DNA from: Lepidodermella squamata
Taxonomy: Eukaryota > Animalia > Gastrotricha
Reading direction: 5' to 3'
DNA: 64,000 bases
Assembly (NCBI GenBank): GCA_047495785.1
Contig: JBLDXI010000045.1
Location: forward strand, 558,001-622,000
Part shown: in pieces, positions 15,201 through 29,516 of the stretch
How the letters are laid out: each line of letters opens with the position of its first letter
Numbering within the stretch: the first letter of the stretch is position 1
Notes under the pieces: generated by a model
Database searches by the model: none
Told to the model about the DNA's origin: nothing
The model's input: only the letters and a program-made list of their open reading frames with translations
Position numbers and translations under genes: made by a program

Positions 15201-18200
15201 CACGCTGACCAGTTGTCCTCGGCGCCGTTGTGCCAAACAACTTTCCGCCAAGTTCGCCCCTCGCCTGATAATGGCACGCTGTACCGGGCGCCGAGGTTGG
15301 CTGCGTTTTATGGCGACCCGCATCTGCAAACTCTTGATGGGTTTTCGTACACGTACAACGGGGCAGGGTTGTTTCAGTTGTTGGAGACAATTCCGAGGAA
15401 GAAGGGCTCCGTAGATTATGATCCGGAGAACGAGGATGAAAAGGATGTTTATTTGTCGATTCAAGGCCTGTTTGAACCACTTGGCGATGGAACAGTCATT
15501 CAAGCGTTGTCAATCTTCGATGGCCAAACGGTAAGCTTCTTTCTTTTCTACAATGTATCTCATAGGTAACTCAACAAAAATATTGGCAATTTCCGATTAA
15601 TGGCCTTGGAAATTATAATTAGCCGGAAAATGCTAATCAGCTATATATGTTAAACTAGGTTAAATACCGAAATTTAAAAATTGACGAACCATAACCCCTG
15701 GGGTTTTCGGTTTATCTTCAGTGAAAACGCGGATAAGTTCTTACTAGCTTTAAGTTTGGGAAAAATACATCTGCAAAAATGCAAAAAATCAAATAACTGA
15801 GTAGAAGATCATATACCTCAAGTTGCTTTCCGCAATCCAATCTTGATGAATAGTTGAAGTACTCTAACTATAGGACTAATTTTCAAGAGGATCTTAAACT
15901 TAATTTGTTGAAAGTTTGGTTTAAGGGAAAGTCGGTTTGCCTTTAAGTAAAGGAAAGCGCAGCTTGGAAGGTTTCAAATCAATGGGACACGTAGGTTTTG
16001 CTGATGTATTAGTGGGAAATGCCCCTTGAATTTTAAATGCGAATTTGCTAGAATAAAAGATTCACTACTTTAATTCCAACCTCCAAACCTTCCACACCTT
16101 CCGAACCTTTTGAAAAAAATATCACAAAATTCAGAAACAACTTCTAACTAGTTTTTTTCCTTTGTACCACAGTAACTGGTCGATATTCAATATTTTAATA
16201 TCAGATCCGAAAACTCATTTTTGAAGCTCCTATGACTTCATTTTTCTTTATTTTCTACTTTCTCACCCCCAATTTTGATATCGCCATCTTGGAATCTTGG
16301 AATTCTGGAATTCTTAGAGCTCTTGGAATGATCCATGAATTTATTAATTTCTCCATTTTTGCAGGTTGTTGATGTGTTCGTCCGAGAAAGCAACGGTGTT
16401 GTCGTCTATATAAACGGGTCATTCCTGTCGCCTTTCGCCACATCTGTCGGCAACTCAGCGTTGAATCCGAATAGCAAATCTGAAGAGATCGAGATCGTGC
16501 AATCCATGCCAGGCGCAATCGGTCCAGCTTTTGTCAGCGCTCGTCGGAAAGACAATTTCCGCGTTTTCATCGAAACTGTCAACTCGACAGCTCTCAGTGC
16601 ACTGGTTTTCCTCGACGAGCGGCACTTGAGTCAAACACGAGGCTTACTCGGGGTCTGGAATCGCCGGATGGACGACGATTTGACTCTGCCGAATAACACA
16701 GTTCTACCCCTGAACTCATCTGCCGCGATTATTCACCACGTTTTCGGCGAGAGCTGGTCTCTGCCGGCCAATATGTCGCATTTCCGAGTGCTGCGTCGTC
16801 GGAGTGTGTTCAATAACCCTAAGAACAAGGATTTCAGGCCGCTGTTCGCTGACAGCCCTGAAATGCTGGTGGCTGCGCGGCAAAACGGGGCGGCGGCTGC
16901 GAAATGTGACGCAGATTTGCAGTGCCTATTCGATTTATTGGCGACGAAACGCCTCGACGTAGCAAAATCAACGCTCAGTTTCAGGTAAAATTTCGAACAT
17001 GAAGTCATGCACTTGAAAATCTAATAAACCATATACCAGTATGTGCAAACCGATTAGAACTTGGGAGAACAACAGGGTTGAATTTCCTGTGACGAACCGG
17101 GATGGATTAATTTTGGCCCCACTTGAATTCTATCGATCCACCGAGTTCAATAATCAGGAAAAAGTCGAATTCTTTTCGGGAATCTGAAACAGCCATACGA
17201 TATGATCTTCTCGCCCTCCATAGAACAAAAAATAGCGCTAAAAATAGAATTAAGGAGGTACAAAAGCTAGCATTAGGATTTCCCGGAATGAATAATTGTC
17301 TTGAGAACTTGAACGTCAATGTTGATTGAGAATCTTATATTGAGAATATTCATGCACTGTTTTAAGCTCAAGGAACCTTAAATTTCAAAAGCATCCCATG
17401 AAAATTAGTTCCCTTGAATAAGCTTATTGACCATCCATAGGTTCAATTATTTTCGGCTCTAAGCCGTCGTCCCATTGACAAGGATGTTCCACCACTGAAG
17501 TTAAGCCTTTTAGTCCTCATTTTTCAGATTTTTGCTATTTCGAATTTTCCTCTCTTGATCAATAATAATGCACCATAGACCCTGGGATTTTTTATTTTAG
17601 CTACCCGGTACCTCAGCTTGGTAGAAATATTTTGAATCTTGGCTTCAAATACTGTTGATATCAGCAAAATCACGGATTGCAAAATCGATACCGGTAATCG
17701 ATATCGGCTCTACAGGCTGAAGTATAAACTTACCGTCCAAAAAACGCGTAATAATGAGGACTTTTAGGCATGGTAATGAAGAATTGAGATTTAAGGAAGA
17801 TGTAAAACTAAAAAAATCATATTTTGGGCAAATCTAGGACTAGAGCTTCAACTTTTGTGCTGAAACCTTACATTTTGGGGATTTGACCTTCAGCAACATT
17901 TTGATAATATTTTATTATTTTTTTTCGCTATGAATTCATTTTTTCTTCGTTTTTCAGGCGGCGAATCAACGAACTACAACATGACTTACGCTTGGATACC
18001 TGCTCTTTCCGAGTCGATCAACTAGTCGTTATTACTGCTCCATCAGGTGACATCTACACAACACCTTGCCCTCATGGTAAAATTCATCCTCAAACTAATT
18101 TTCGAACAATTTAACGATTTTCAACTCAATTTCAGGCACAACATTTGCTGGATTGTCGTCGAATGAATTTTGTAAAATAACCGCAGATGAGCAACTGTCC

Positions 18201-18848
18201 GAATTGCGGAAACGCGCCATCCGCGACCACGTCGACGGCGAGGAGGCCTTCGCCATGTCCGCAGCCTCGCCGTCCTCGCCCATGGTCATCGTTCAGATGC
18301 CGGTGTGCAACAACCCGTCGCCGGGCCTGCTCGGCGTCAACGTCGGCGGTGTAGTTTTCGTCAACTCGATGCTTCACATAGTCATGTACGCCATCCTCGT
18401 GTGCCTATGCATCATCCTACTAACGCTGCTCGCATTTTTCACGTCGCGCCACCGCCTGGCGCTCTGCTGGCTGCGATTTTGCGCACGCGCCAAAAAAACA
18501 CGCGGCACAGCTATGACGTCACACCACGTTGTCGTCGTCGATGCGTCACATCGCCGGCAATCGGCGGCTGAATCGTCGCTGTCGGGCGATAGCGACGAGG
18601 CGGCGACCAACTCGAGCCGGACATCGTCGTCAAAAAACAACAAAGAAGACACGGCGGAGCGCAAGCAGTTACTCGGCGATGAGCCTGAGAAAGCAAACGA
18701 AGCTAGCAGCAGCAGCACTACTACTACAGCTCACCAGTCTCGGACGTTTGTTTTTCTGCGCGGTCACGTGCAAATACCAGTTCGACGACCTACAGCAGCC
18801 GAGCCGTCAAATATTGAACACCCCTCTACATCATCATCATCGTCTTGA
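12222..18848 (+). CDS. Mesh/SUSD2/MUC4-like type I membrane protein: signal peptide-NIDO-IPT-like-AMOP-VWD-TM; main exons ~12222-12938, 13701-15530, 16364-16984, 17958-18077, 18136-18848
   Basis: Signal peptide. NIDO motifs (FWTDVD, NTFQATLITDG, SNVGRPGVWAFRID across the splice). AMOP-like cysteines. VWD GDPH autocleavage motif (FYGDPHLQTLDG) and GLLGVWN. TM segment followed by a cytoplasmic tail. Confidence 0.85.
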
Positions 18849-21800
18849 AAACTTGAATTTAATACTATACTGTAATAGTGTTGTATAGCAGCAGCAGCTA
18901 AATGGCACGCCGCCATCATTTTCGATACTTACAGATGTAAACTCGTGCCCCGTTTTGTTTGAGTTGCCCATAGCCGAGCGCGTGACTTTTTCGCATTACT
19001 TCGAATGCGCACGCGTCAACTTGTACATTGCGCACGACGCTCCTATTTTAATACAATTTATCACCACCACCACCACTATACTTGTGCCTTTTATTGCTAA
19101 GCAAACCGCGGCTGCTGTGCCCCATCATCAGCACGCCCATCCATCGCAATTAATACAATCAAATTTCGATGTCATTTCTTCTCACACCTTAATAGTATCA
19201 ATTGTAGGTAAATATTACGCGATGTTCGCTTTTAACTGTTAAAATTTTACGAACGCGCGCCGCCGCCGCCGCCTTAATGGCGGCCTTGACATATAATTTT
19301 TATCACTCACTCGATGAGGCTTTCCGCGTCGAAAAATGTGCATTCGTTTTTTCGTTATTATTTGTCGTCGTCGTCGTCGTCGAAAAATAATAATTCAGCT
19401 TAATAATATCTACGCCGTCTTTCGCCGTGTTATTTATTAATAATAATTTTTGTTTCGCCCGTTTTTATTACATACCGGGACTTTAGATTTATTCAATAAA
19501 AATCAGGCCTCTATTATTGTTGTGGCTCGCAAAATTATTACTATTAACAATTTATAGCCGTACGATGAGTTACTTTCGTTTTACCAGGCTTTTGATTACA
19601 AAATCGTGCCATTGGTTTTGTTGTCGTTTTACATCCTGTGTTTACAACTCGTCAATTATCATTTATTATTCAACGACTTACCCTCTCTATAGAGCTGTTC
19701 TAGATTTTAGCCGTTGATTTACGCGCTATAGTATCTGAAATTTTTTCACGTGCCGTGGAATTTCTAGCGCCATCATCACTTGCCACCTCAAGAGATGTTT
19801 TTCGTGATTTTGCTCTCTCCTTTTTATCGTGTCCTTCCGTCTACGCATACCTAGGCGTGGGTGCATCGGTCGGCTTGTTTTTGTAAATAAAAATTCCGAT
19901 ACATATAATATGTGGCCGCCGCCGCCGCCGCCACCACCAGTGCGGCGTCACCTCTTTTTCTTTGCATGACAACTCTTATAAAAATTAGATGATGGTTCAA
20001 GTACAACTTACCAGCAGGTGAAGTAGTCACCTGCTCACCAATGGCTACTCGCGTGTTTTTTGTTATTTTAAGGCCACCATAGCAAGTACCGCCATGTAAT
20101 TGATACGGCACGTACTCTCGCTTTTTATAACTCGCAACACGAACAACATGAGTTCCTGTATTAGGTGTAAGAAAACTACATTTATAGCTGTGTTGTTATT
20201 TTAAGGTTACATTTTTAAGGCGGCACGAAGGTTGAAATTTCAATAATCAAAAAGTGCAAAATATTTTCTCAACACCTAACCTACCTCAAAAAAAATCTAC
20301 CTCAATCGTTCTTCATTCGTTGAATTTTGTTGACAAACATACAAATTTTAGAACCTTGTGAATATTTGTTGAATTATTATACTAGAAAATTGTTAGATTT
20401 TATTAATATTATTAATATGATATATAATATTATATCCGGCTAAGCAGTTATGAATCGGCAAGTGATTTTGATGGAATAAAAATTTTCGAACAGTTATCAA
20501 CGCTTTTTGGATACCTACTTGTTGCTTTCGACCGTGGTGAGTTTTTTCCGTGTTGAATATTTGTTTACCTGGACGCGCGCAAAGACTTGATATAGCCGCG
20601 CAAAGAAATGAGAAAAAAACAAGCCGGAAGCAACGCTGTTCATCACGCTGTTTACCAAGTGGTTTCAGCTCAAGTACGAGACAATATTTTTCTGCCCGAG
20701 ATGACCTCGTGATATGTATATGATAACATTATAGCACACTTTTTAAGATTACTCATCGCGTTTCTATACTCGGTAATTAGCTGCGTTTTTTTCGTAAATA
20801 TTTTTCGGATCAGTTGAGGAAATAAATTTTTGTTATTTCCCGGGCATTTACTAGCACGTCGTGTAAAATATTTCAACATATAAAATTACGATATAAGCTA
20901 CACGAGAGTAGGTAATAATTGCACGGTATAATTTATATCAGAACTACTTATAAGCGTATAATAATATTTTAAGCATGCGATAATTTGCATTAAAATTTGC
21001 GACACTTTATGACACGTACACACCTCAGCTCGGCGCGGATTAAGCCTAAGAATATATCGCGCGCTCGCCGGCTGAAAAGCGCGCACATGTCGCGTTTATG
21101 TTTTGTTTATGGCCTAGTTTAATATTTTTGCGGTTTTGCGTTTTGTTTTTGTTACTGCTGTATATGTCTATGTTTTGCCGTTGTTTGTTGTTTGTTGTTG
21201 CGAGGAGCAGACGTCGACGTTTCCATGCCTATTTCGCCGCGTTGTATAGTTTGGTTTCATTCCGGCGTAAGTTTAATATAGGTATTCGTCACCGTCGCAA
21301 TATTGTAATATGATTATTATTAGAGCGGGCTATTATAGATATTTCAAGGCCCGGCCCGCATTTAATGGCATCTACTACACTTCTTGACAATGCGCGCACT
21401 GTTGAACACGTGAGCGCCTCGATACGATATGGCTATAGCGCGCAAAATATATAAACGACGCGCATTTTGTGCGACAAACTCGACAAAGAACCGTCGTCGA
21501 ATTGGTTTGCCTGCCTGTTGTTATTATTGTTATTATTAGTGTCGTTACATGCATTATCGCAGCACTAATAATTCGCGTTTTTAACCGCCGAGTTTTGTGT
21601 TTATACCGCGCGCGCCGTGTGTGTATCCTTGTTTTCGGGCCGCGCTTGCCAGCGTCGCGGAACGGCGGGCCGGGATAGATTTTTGGGCTCTTGCCCCGAC
21701 GTAACCGGTGTTATTTTTGTTTTATCGCCGCACGGCTACAAACGCTGTCACACGTAAACTGCGCTGAACAATATAATCAAGATGTTGTTAAAAATAGGTA

Positions 21801-24800
21801 AGTATATTAGACCCGACTGCTGCCGCGCTGGCTATCGCGCGGCGAAACATAGTGTCCCTGCCTAGAGCCGGCTGTATTATCGCCTAGCCTAGCCCGGCTG
21901 TGCGCTTCACTCATGGCCCGCGGTGACGTTCTTAATAAATTGCCGTATAATGAGAAGGCGTCTTCGCAGGACACCTGGAACGCGAAGCTTTGACTGACTA
22001 TTGCTGCCCAGTAATGGGCCCTGAGGTTCTATTATATAGATTGGCCACTCGGCTATTTATTATTCCTAGTTCTCATATTATATATCCTATAAAACACGGT
22101 AATTAGCGAAAATACACGTTGTTGCCTTTTATGCGCGCTCATCTCGTTGCTGATGATGCTCTAATGGCTTTCTTTCAGCGAAAAATCAGCCCGGATCCCT
22201 TGCAGCTTCTCTTTTTATTACCGCGCTTCTTTGTTTGACTCGCATGTTACAGCATTGAAAATATTTCCATACCTAAATACGAAGCCATTCTAGCCTAGTT
22301 TTAAATTGTCCCATTTTTAACAAAAGTTAATAAATTCTAATTTTGAAGACATTATTAGACAATTTTGGAACTCATGATAACAAAAATTAAAAATTTATTT
22401 CAAATATCTAGAAAATTAATTGCTAAACCCGCCTTTCCGCATTTTTTCGAAAAAATTTAATTTATTTTAAATTTGTCTTAATTTTACATCCGCAGATTTT
22501 TTCTCGAAAATTGTGTAAATTACTCTCGGAAATATGTTACTCGAAAAGCTGAGAGGGCCACTTCAAACTTCAAGTCATGATACTTGAAGATTTCTCGAAA
22601 AATTTGAATTTATTTAACCTTCTTTTCCATTTACCAGACCTCATCTATGAAAGCTTTAGTTGAGGTAACCCGCGATACATATAACGTGTTTGCCGATTTA
22701 TTTGTTGTTACAATAGCCACAAAGCTGTCATTCTGTTTTTAGATTTCAACACCCGCCTATATTGTACATATATTACTGCGTCAAAGCGCTCACCGCCTTG
22801 CGAGTGCGAAAGTTTGCGGAAGACGGCGATCAAAAAGCCCGGGTATCATCCACAGCCGCGCGACAGCCGACACCCGCATATTATATCACCGTGCCAAATT
22901 GTATCATCGTCATCATCAACGCGAGCAAACACCAGCATTTTTACACCGCTGTGTCGTTGTTTGATACGTACAACACAACTACTACGTTATTATTACATCT
23001 TCATTTGTCGAGCGTCGCACTCTTTCGTTTGCTTTTTCGCCCCCATCTCGAGACAGCGCAGGAAGCATTTTATTGTCGACACCCTGACGATGATGATGTC
23101 ACCGCGTTATTACAACTGCGTTAATCTAGCCCGCTCTTCCGTTTGTCTTCGCCGCCGAGTTTATATTATTAGCCAGTCGTAACATGCCCGCTGGCGCTAC
23201 TTCGCCCTTTAAGCCGCGAATGCTGTTGCTGAGCAAACCTGCGGCCGCGCCAAAACGCGCTGCCGGGCTTACTTCTTGACAACTCTCAAAGAGATAACGT
23301 CGCCTCCATAATAAACCCGCTCATCTATTGAGACACCTCAATGAGTGTATCGCTTTAATTGCGCAAAAATACTTTGTTTACTGTCTGGCAATATTTTTGT
23401 TTTATTTTTTTGAAAAAAATACCGGCGTAAATACCTGGCGGGATTTTTCGTTCCCAGCTTAATCAACAAAAATAACAACTCACTCGATTTTTTACGCTCG
23501 AAATCACGCTTATTTTATCGAAGAAACGCGCGCGTGTGAACAAGTTTTGCGCGTCGCCGCCTCGTTGAGTGACCTATTTTATTCTCATTCAAACGACCCG
23601 TGCGTCAAATTTAAAAGCATTACCTACTTAAACGTCATCCTTAATAGACCTGACATCGTGTTTTCTCCAAAAATGAGCTTCGTTTTTAGATTCATTTTTC
23701 GGTTAATTACGCCAGGCTAAAGCAGAAGCCACTTGAACAATAGGATGTTGCTGCATTTTTCTACGCGCCGCAATTAACAGCTGAGCGTTGAATTTCAAAA
23801 ATGCAGAAGCAATAAAATTGATAACGCTCGCATCATCTATGCATTTTTATTTTGACGCCACCACTGCGCGTTTAGCGGCACCTTTTCCGAACAATACCTG
23901 CCACTGCGCGCCGAATTGACTTCTGGACATTTTTGCGGCGACTTGTCAACTCCAAGTGACAACTGCCCGATGGGTATGCATTCAAAAACTTGGTTTACTT
24001 GACGCTTAAATAAGTTGCCCCAAGCTACACGAATTGTTATATTCTAAAAAAATTAGCGAGGTACTGCTATAACGTTTAATTCGAGCCGGTTGGTTCTACT
24101 TAACATATTTTAAAGCCTCATATAATCCAGGTTTAATTTACTTCAATTAAAGACATACATTTCGGGGGTTTCATTTTAACTTGAGGAATGTTCTTAAGTG
24201 AACTAGATTTGTCTATCATTTGTACTTGGATTGATTTGTGGAGAAATTGCTAAGTCCGTCATAATCTACCTTTGATATAGTTTTGGGAAAATAACCTATA
24301 TTCCTTGGGCCAAGTAATAATTTTGCTAGTAAATCAGTTGAAGAGGCTGGATTGCACGCGAATTAATTCGTCTTTTAAGGTGTAGACAGCCATCAAGACG
24401 TTGCGGCGTCAAGAGCTCGAACGTGCTTGCGCTAATTTCGAACATTGTCACTCGGCGCATTTATTAGTGGCGCGCGGCTGCGAGAGGCGATCATTGCAGT
24501 TTTAGCACGGCATTTAGCCATCACAACGCGCGACTGTCAAGCACTGCGAACGTGCTGCTCGGCGTATTTAGCCGCGATTAAGCTCTTGTGAAGCCCCAAC
24601 TTTTCTAAGGTCAGGCCAAGTCGTTGTCGTAGTAAAATCTCGCAATGATGAACCAGCGTAGTGAAATGCGCTGATAATTCGGCTTGATTTTATATCAAGT
24701 GCATTAGCATAGCCGCTCATGTCGTTGTTATTTATTGTTCTGCAACGGGGATTGTTGATGTTGATGTTAAATTTTAATATTATCGCTTCTCAGCTGCGCG

Positions 24801-25452
24801 GCGTTACGATTTTAGAAAGCGAAGAAATAACGGCGCGCGGTCATCGCCGCTCGACCGCAAAAGGTCACGATGGCGCTGGACGGCTCGGAAGCCGCGCGGC
24901 TTAGATGACCCGCGCCGGCAGATAGCAGCGGCGCGTAGCCAACAGCGCGCTGGCGCTTCTTCGTCTTGCTCATCACCTTGAGCGCGCGCGCGCATTCCGC
25001 AAACAAGGGCGATGACAATGGCTTTGTCGCCTCGGAGCTCGCGAGCAGCAGCGCCAAAAGCCGCGCGCGCAAACATTTGCCTGCCGCCGCCGACGACGCC
25101 TTTTGTTGTCAGTTATTGTCAACAAATAATTTCGGCAAATACCTGAACCCCAAGAAGTTATATCCATTCATGGGCTATCGGCTGATCCGCGCCGCCAGGT
25201 GCCACCACCTCGTGGCCGCAGCAATTTAATAATTAAGCGCCGCGCGGCTAAAACGTCACCTCGACGGCGCTCATGCCCTAATAACCATAACAACCAACTC
25301 TTGTCAATTCAAGTTTCAATTCTTAATATTATTGTTTTCTGTCTAGAGGATGTTAAAACTGAGTGATTGTGAAACCTGAGCTAAACGACGACTTCTTGTT
25401 ACATTTATTTTTACGAATCATTCGAAGCAGCAGCAGCTGAATTATTATTAAC

Positions 25453-27105
25453 ATGGTCGCTGGGGAATGTTCAATCATCGCCGGTGTCATCGTTACCTGC
25501 GTCCTAGCCGTCTTGTCCGGACTCTGCCTCGTACTCGCCCTCGTTTTCTTCGTCTACGCTCGAAGAAGTAATTTTTTTAACTTTTTTGAAAAAATCTGTT
25601 TTAGGTTAATTTTATTCTCGAATGCAATTAGCTTCACTCTCAATTGACCTAAATTTGTTTGCGAATTTTTTAAATTTTTTAAATTTTTTTAGAACTCGAG
25701 CAAATTGCGTTTGTCGAACGATCAGCGCAAGGCAAAAGGCAACAGCAGACTTTACGACGCGGAAGTGATGGCATATTAAACGGGGCCTATGTTGCCGATG
25801 ATTTGAACATGCAAGAAGCTGGCTCGGCCGATCAAATCGACGGAGCTTACCCGTTCGGCAACAAAAATACCAACAGCCCTAGTTATCTGGTCAGCAAAGA
25901 ATTCTTCCAAAATGACGTCGAGGTAAAAGTTCAACATTTTTTAAATTATTTTAAATTATTGAGAATTTAATTTCGTTTAGAAATGGACTAAAGGCCTTAA
26001 TCAGGACAAACTTGTTTATCGATTACTAGCTGGCGATGTTAACTTCGAAGTTCGCCCAGAGGATGAAGCCTCGGGCAATAAGTCGCCATTTTACCTGGCA
26101 TTTGGTGGTGTTAAGGAAGCTTCGGCCCACGTTGCCGGCGCTAATAAGCTGTTGAAATCGGGCGATCGCATTCACGCGTTGATGCTCAACTGCAGCGCCC
26201 TGGCTGCTGGTGGGCAACTCGACGAAAACATGGCGCAGTTACTCCTAAAAGTGCTGCGGCTTATCGACGACCAGCCGGCTGCTTTTGTCGACGTTGTCTC
26301 AACAGCGCCTCACGAGCGACTCGTCGACGCGGGCGAGACGCCGTGCGTTGTTACTAAGGAACAAGAAGCAACGCAGGAAAGCAGCACCGAGGCAACGCCA
26401 GGCGAAGTTGACATGGCCCAGGCCGACTTGTCGACGAGTGAATCGAAGGATTCTGGCCGTGAGGAGACGCATACAATGAATTCTGAGCATGAACACGACG
26501 AAGCTTCAAGTGCTATTAGCAGCACTGATGACGCAGCGGTTTCACCGCAGAAAAAAAGCTCTTTCATCGCAAGGTCGCGGGGACATAGTCGCCGCAGCCG
26601 TGACTCAACTTCAACGGATCAAGGTAATTTTTCAGAATTTTTATTAAGCTGGATTTTATATTAATTTATTATCACAGCTTTCCAAAGTACGGAAAGTGGT
26701 GATTCAGCGACTAGTGGTAGGGATCTGCAGGAGCTTGCGATTTCCATCGACAACGTTCGACCTAGTGTCGTGGCAATGGAATTAAGGCGGAGTGATGATT
26801 CATCATCGCCAGCTAGCGAATCGATTGAGTTGACCGCGCAACATCCGGCTTACATTGGAACCGCCATCAATGGTGACGTGGCGGCGCTGCCGCTGCCGGC
26901 GCCTGACTTACTTCGGACGCCGCCTTCGCTGCACGCCGACGACGAGTTGGTGCTCGACGAAGCCACCTTAACGTCGTCGTCATCCTCGTCATCGTCGTCG
27001 TCGAGCGACGACGAAAAACAACCTCCCTCCTCGCCCACCAACAGGTGCCATCTAAATAATGACCTGGCGCAAAATAACCAAGTAGACGCATATATGGCCT
27101 TATGA
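25453..27105 (+). CDS. Single-pass membrane protein with a degenerate PDZ-like segment and a Ser/acidic low-complexity tail (4 exons)
   Basis: N-terminal TM anchor followed by RR. Exons ~25453-25568, 25693-25922, 25981-26623 and 26678-27105 splice in frame. LLKSGDRIHAL resembles the PDZ beta-D motif. Confidence 0.6.
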
Positions 27106-28316
27106 TCGATTCACCAAAGTTATACTTGATAATTAATTATTACGTCATTTTTTTTCTATTCCGCAATTGTACCTCATATAAAATAGCTACGCTCAATTCA
27201 TGTAGTGAGTAAGGTGTTAATTTTCAGGGTAATTAGGGGCACTTTATTAGCAAATTTATATTTTTGTCAAATCGCAGTCCTTAGTAAAAAATATACTATA
27301 GAACTTTCTGAGAGAGAGAGACAACAGAAAAAATATGAATATATATCTGTATTATGATATGCAAATTGTACAGGTGTGTAGCTGCCGAATTCTTGCGCAC
27401 TTTTTTCGTTCGTGTTTTTTTTCGTTCTTCCGCCGTCACTTGAGTCACTTTGAATCTCTCGCTCATAAACGTTTTATTGCGCTTGTTGTATGTTGGCCGC
27501 CGTGCTTCGCATTGAAGCCATCATCCTCCTCATCATCATCATCACCGCCGTTTATAACATTCATCGTCACCTCGCTCTCTAATTGTGCCGCATTTTATAT
27601 TGTTATCATGAGTGTGTATTAAAATTAATTTCCAAGGTATCACTATGTTATATATAATACCGACAGATGAATTTTGTTACGGCGATGATGTTATGCTCCG
27701 AAAATTTCTAGGCGATGGTCATCTCAGCCACCAGAGAAAGAGAGATATGAAGGCATCGCTTATTCGTGCTGTAAGACCGCTCGGCTAACTTCACAAGCGC
27801 ATGAAATGCGAGTGTACATTGTAGGAAAATTTATTGTAATTTCTAGTTGACGTAGTTTTACTGTAAAATCGCAACTTCTTCCTCAGCAGCATTAAAAAAT
27901 CGAGTACCAAAAAAATTTATTGTGACGGAGTATAAAATAATATCTTAATTTCTGCTATATATTTAAAGAAAAAAAATCAGATCATTTTTACCTCAATATT
28001 TCTACTGCTTGAATATAAATAGTAACTCCGTGTATTAAAGTGTCTTAGCTACTTGAACACGAGTTGACGTGTCGCATCATCAGCTCAGCCTACGTATCAA
28101 CAGCCAGGCAGAGGCGCAGTATGTGTAATTTCGAGACAGAAATTTATTGTCATTATAATATAACATCTTATTATTATTCTCTGAACTTGAAAAATTCAAA
28201 GCGATTTGTGCATGCTGAAAATAAAGTTTTACGAACAAATAAACTGAAATGAAAATTTTCAAAAAACACCGGGATTTTTATTCTTGAAAGACATTACAGT
28301 GATAAATTTCGCGCTC

Positions 28317-29213
28317 TCAATCGAGCTCATCGTCAAAATTGCAGTGGGTTATTTCAACCTCGCCGAATTCGAACGGCTTGATGAATTGATAAGCATTTGC
28401 GTCGCTTTTACTCGTAATTGCCGGTTTGAAAGATATCCCAGGAATAGGCTCGTCCAAACTCGACGCGACTTGCATTCGAAAGTTCATCAATTCATCGACA
28501 TTCAGGTCGCGAGTTGACTTTTGCCGCAGCGATTCAAGCTGCGATTTCAGCCGTTCCGAACTTTGGCAACACGCCGCGTGATACTCGGCCATAGCCGCCT
28601 CCACATCTTCCACAGCCTTGCCTTCAATCGCAATGATTTTCGCGTCGAAAACGCGCCGAATATCGTCCAGAATTTTAGCCGTGAAATCTTTCAGATGGCA
28701 GTGCAGTTGTTCGAGGTCGATTTTTTTCTGCGCCTCTGCATTCGCCGATCTTTGCTGCGGCGTTGGCACGCTTTCGTAGAATTTGATAACATCTTGCCGC
28801 AATTCTTCGAGGTGAACAAGCCGGCAAGGCTGGCAGAACGTTACGAAGCAGTGTTTACATTGCTGCTTAGCAACGCCGAAAATGTGCTCGCAAGATTTGC
28901 CGCTCGCTTGATTATTTTCTTGAAGTTCGAAAAATTCTACGACCTGTTTCAGGCCGATGTTGATGTGATAAGCCGAGACGCCGTTCGGGCTGACGCGGCT
29001 CTTTGCTCGGCAACTTGGGCAGATTATGAAAGGGCGTGATTCATTGGACCGGTCAATCGGCATTCGAGAGAGACATTCATCGCATAGAGAGTGGGAACAT
29101 CCGGGTAAATGTCGAGGATTCCGGTAGTAACATAAGCAAATCGGACATGTGATTCGAGAACGAAAATCCTCAACAGCATCGGCCGATGTCGAGGATGAAG
29201 GTTGATCAGTCAT
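28317..29213 (-). CDS. Intronless TRIM/RBCC E3 ligase (RING, B-box-like, coiled coil)
   Basis: C3HC4 RING CPIC..LPGCSHSLCDEC..CPSCR, then CEH..CKHC..FCQPCRLVH and a helical C-terminus. Confidence 0.85.
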   Translation of the reverse strand: MTDQPSSSTSADAVEDFRSRITCPICLCYYRNPRHLPGCSHSLCDECLSRMPIDRSNESRPFIICPSCRAKSRVSPNGVSAYHINIGLKQVVEFFELQENNQASGKSCEHIFGVAKQQCKHCFVTFCQPCRLVHLEELRQDVIKFYESVPTPQQRSANAEAQKKIDLEQLHCHLKDFTAKILDDIRRVFDAKIIAIEGKAVEDVEAAMAEYHAACCQSSERLKSQLESLRQKSTRDLNVDELMNFRMQVASSLDEPIPGISFKPAITSKSDANAYQFIKPFEFGEVEITHCNFDDELD

Positions 29214-29516
29214 CGCAAAAATTGCGCTAAGAAAATATTCTAGTCCAGTAAAACAGATAAATCATAACGATGAGGTGAATGAACTGTCATGGTAGATAGA
29301 TAAATAGCTGCTTGCCTCGTCATTCAATACTCTACATACAACCACTGGAATTATGGGTTTTACGTGTGTGGAAAGCACAACATGCAAATTACTATACACG
29401 AGAAAAAACAGCTACTGAGCAAACAACACGCGCCATTTCCGAGAACACTGAAGCTAGTCTGTGCCACGTGTTGCTCAGACCGTTTTCGACTGCGTCCATT
29501 GAAAAAATTGAAGCTC

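Noticed and set aside
22150-22200. CTGATGA...GAAA hammerhead-like core
   Set aside because: Stems I and III and a cleavage triplet cannot be formed convincingly.
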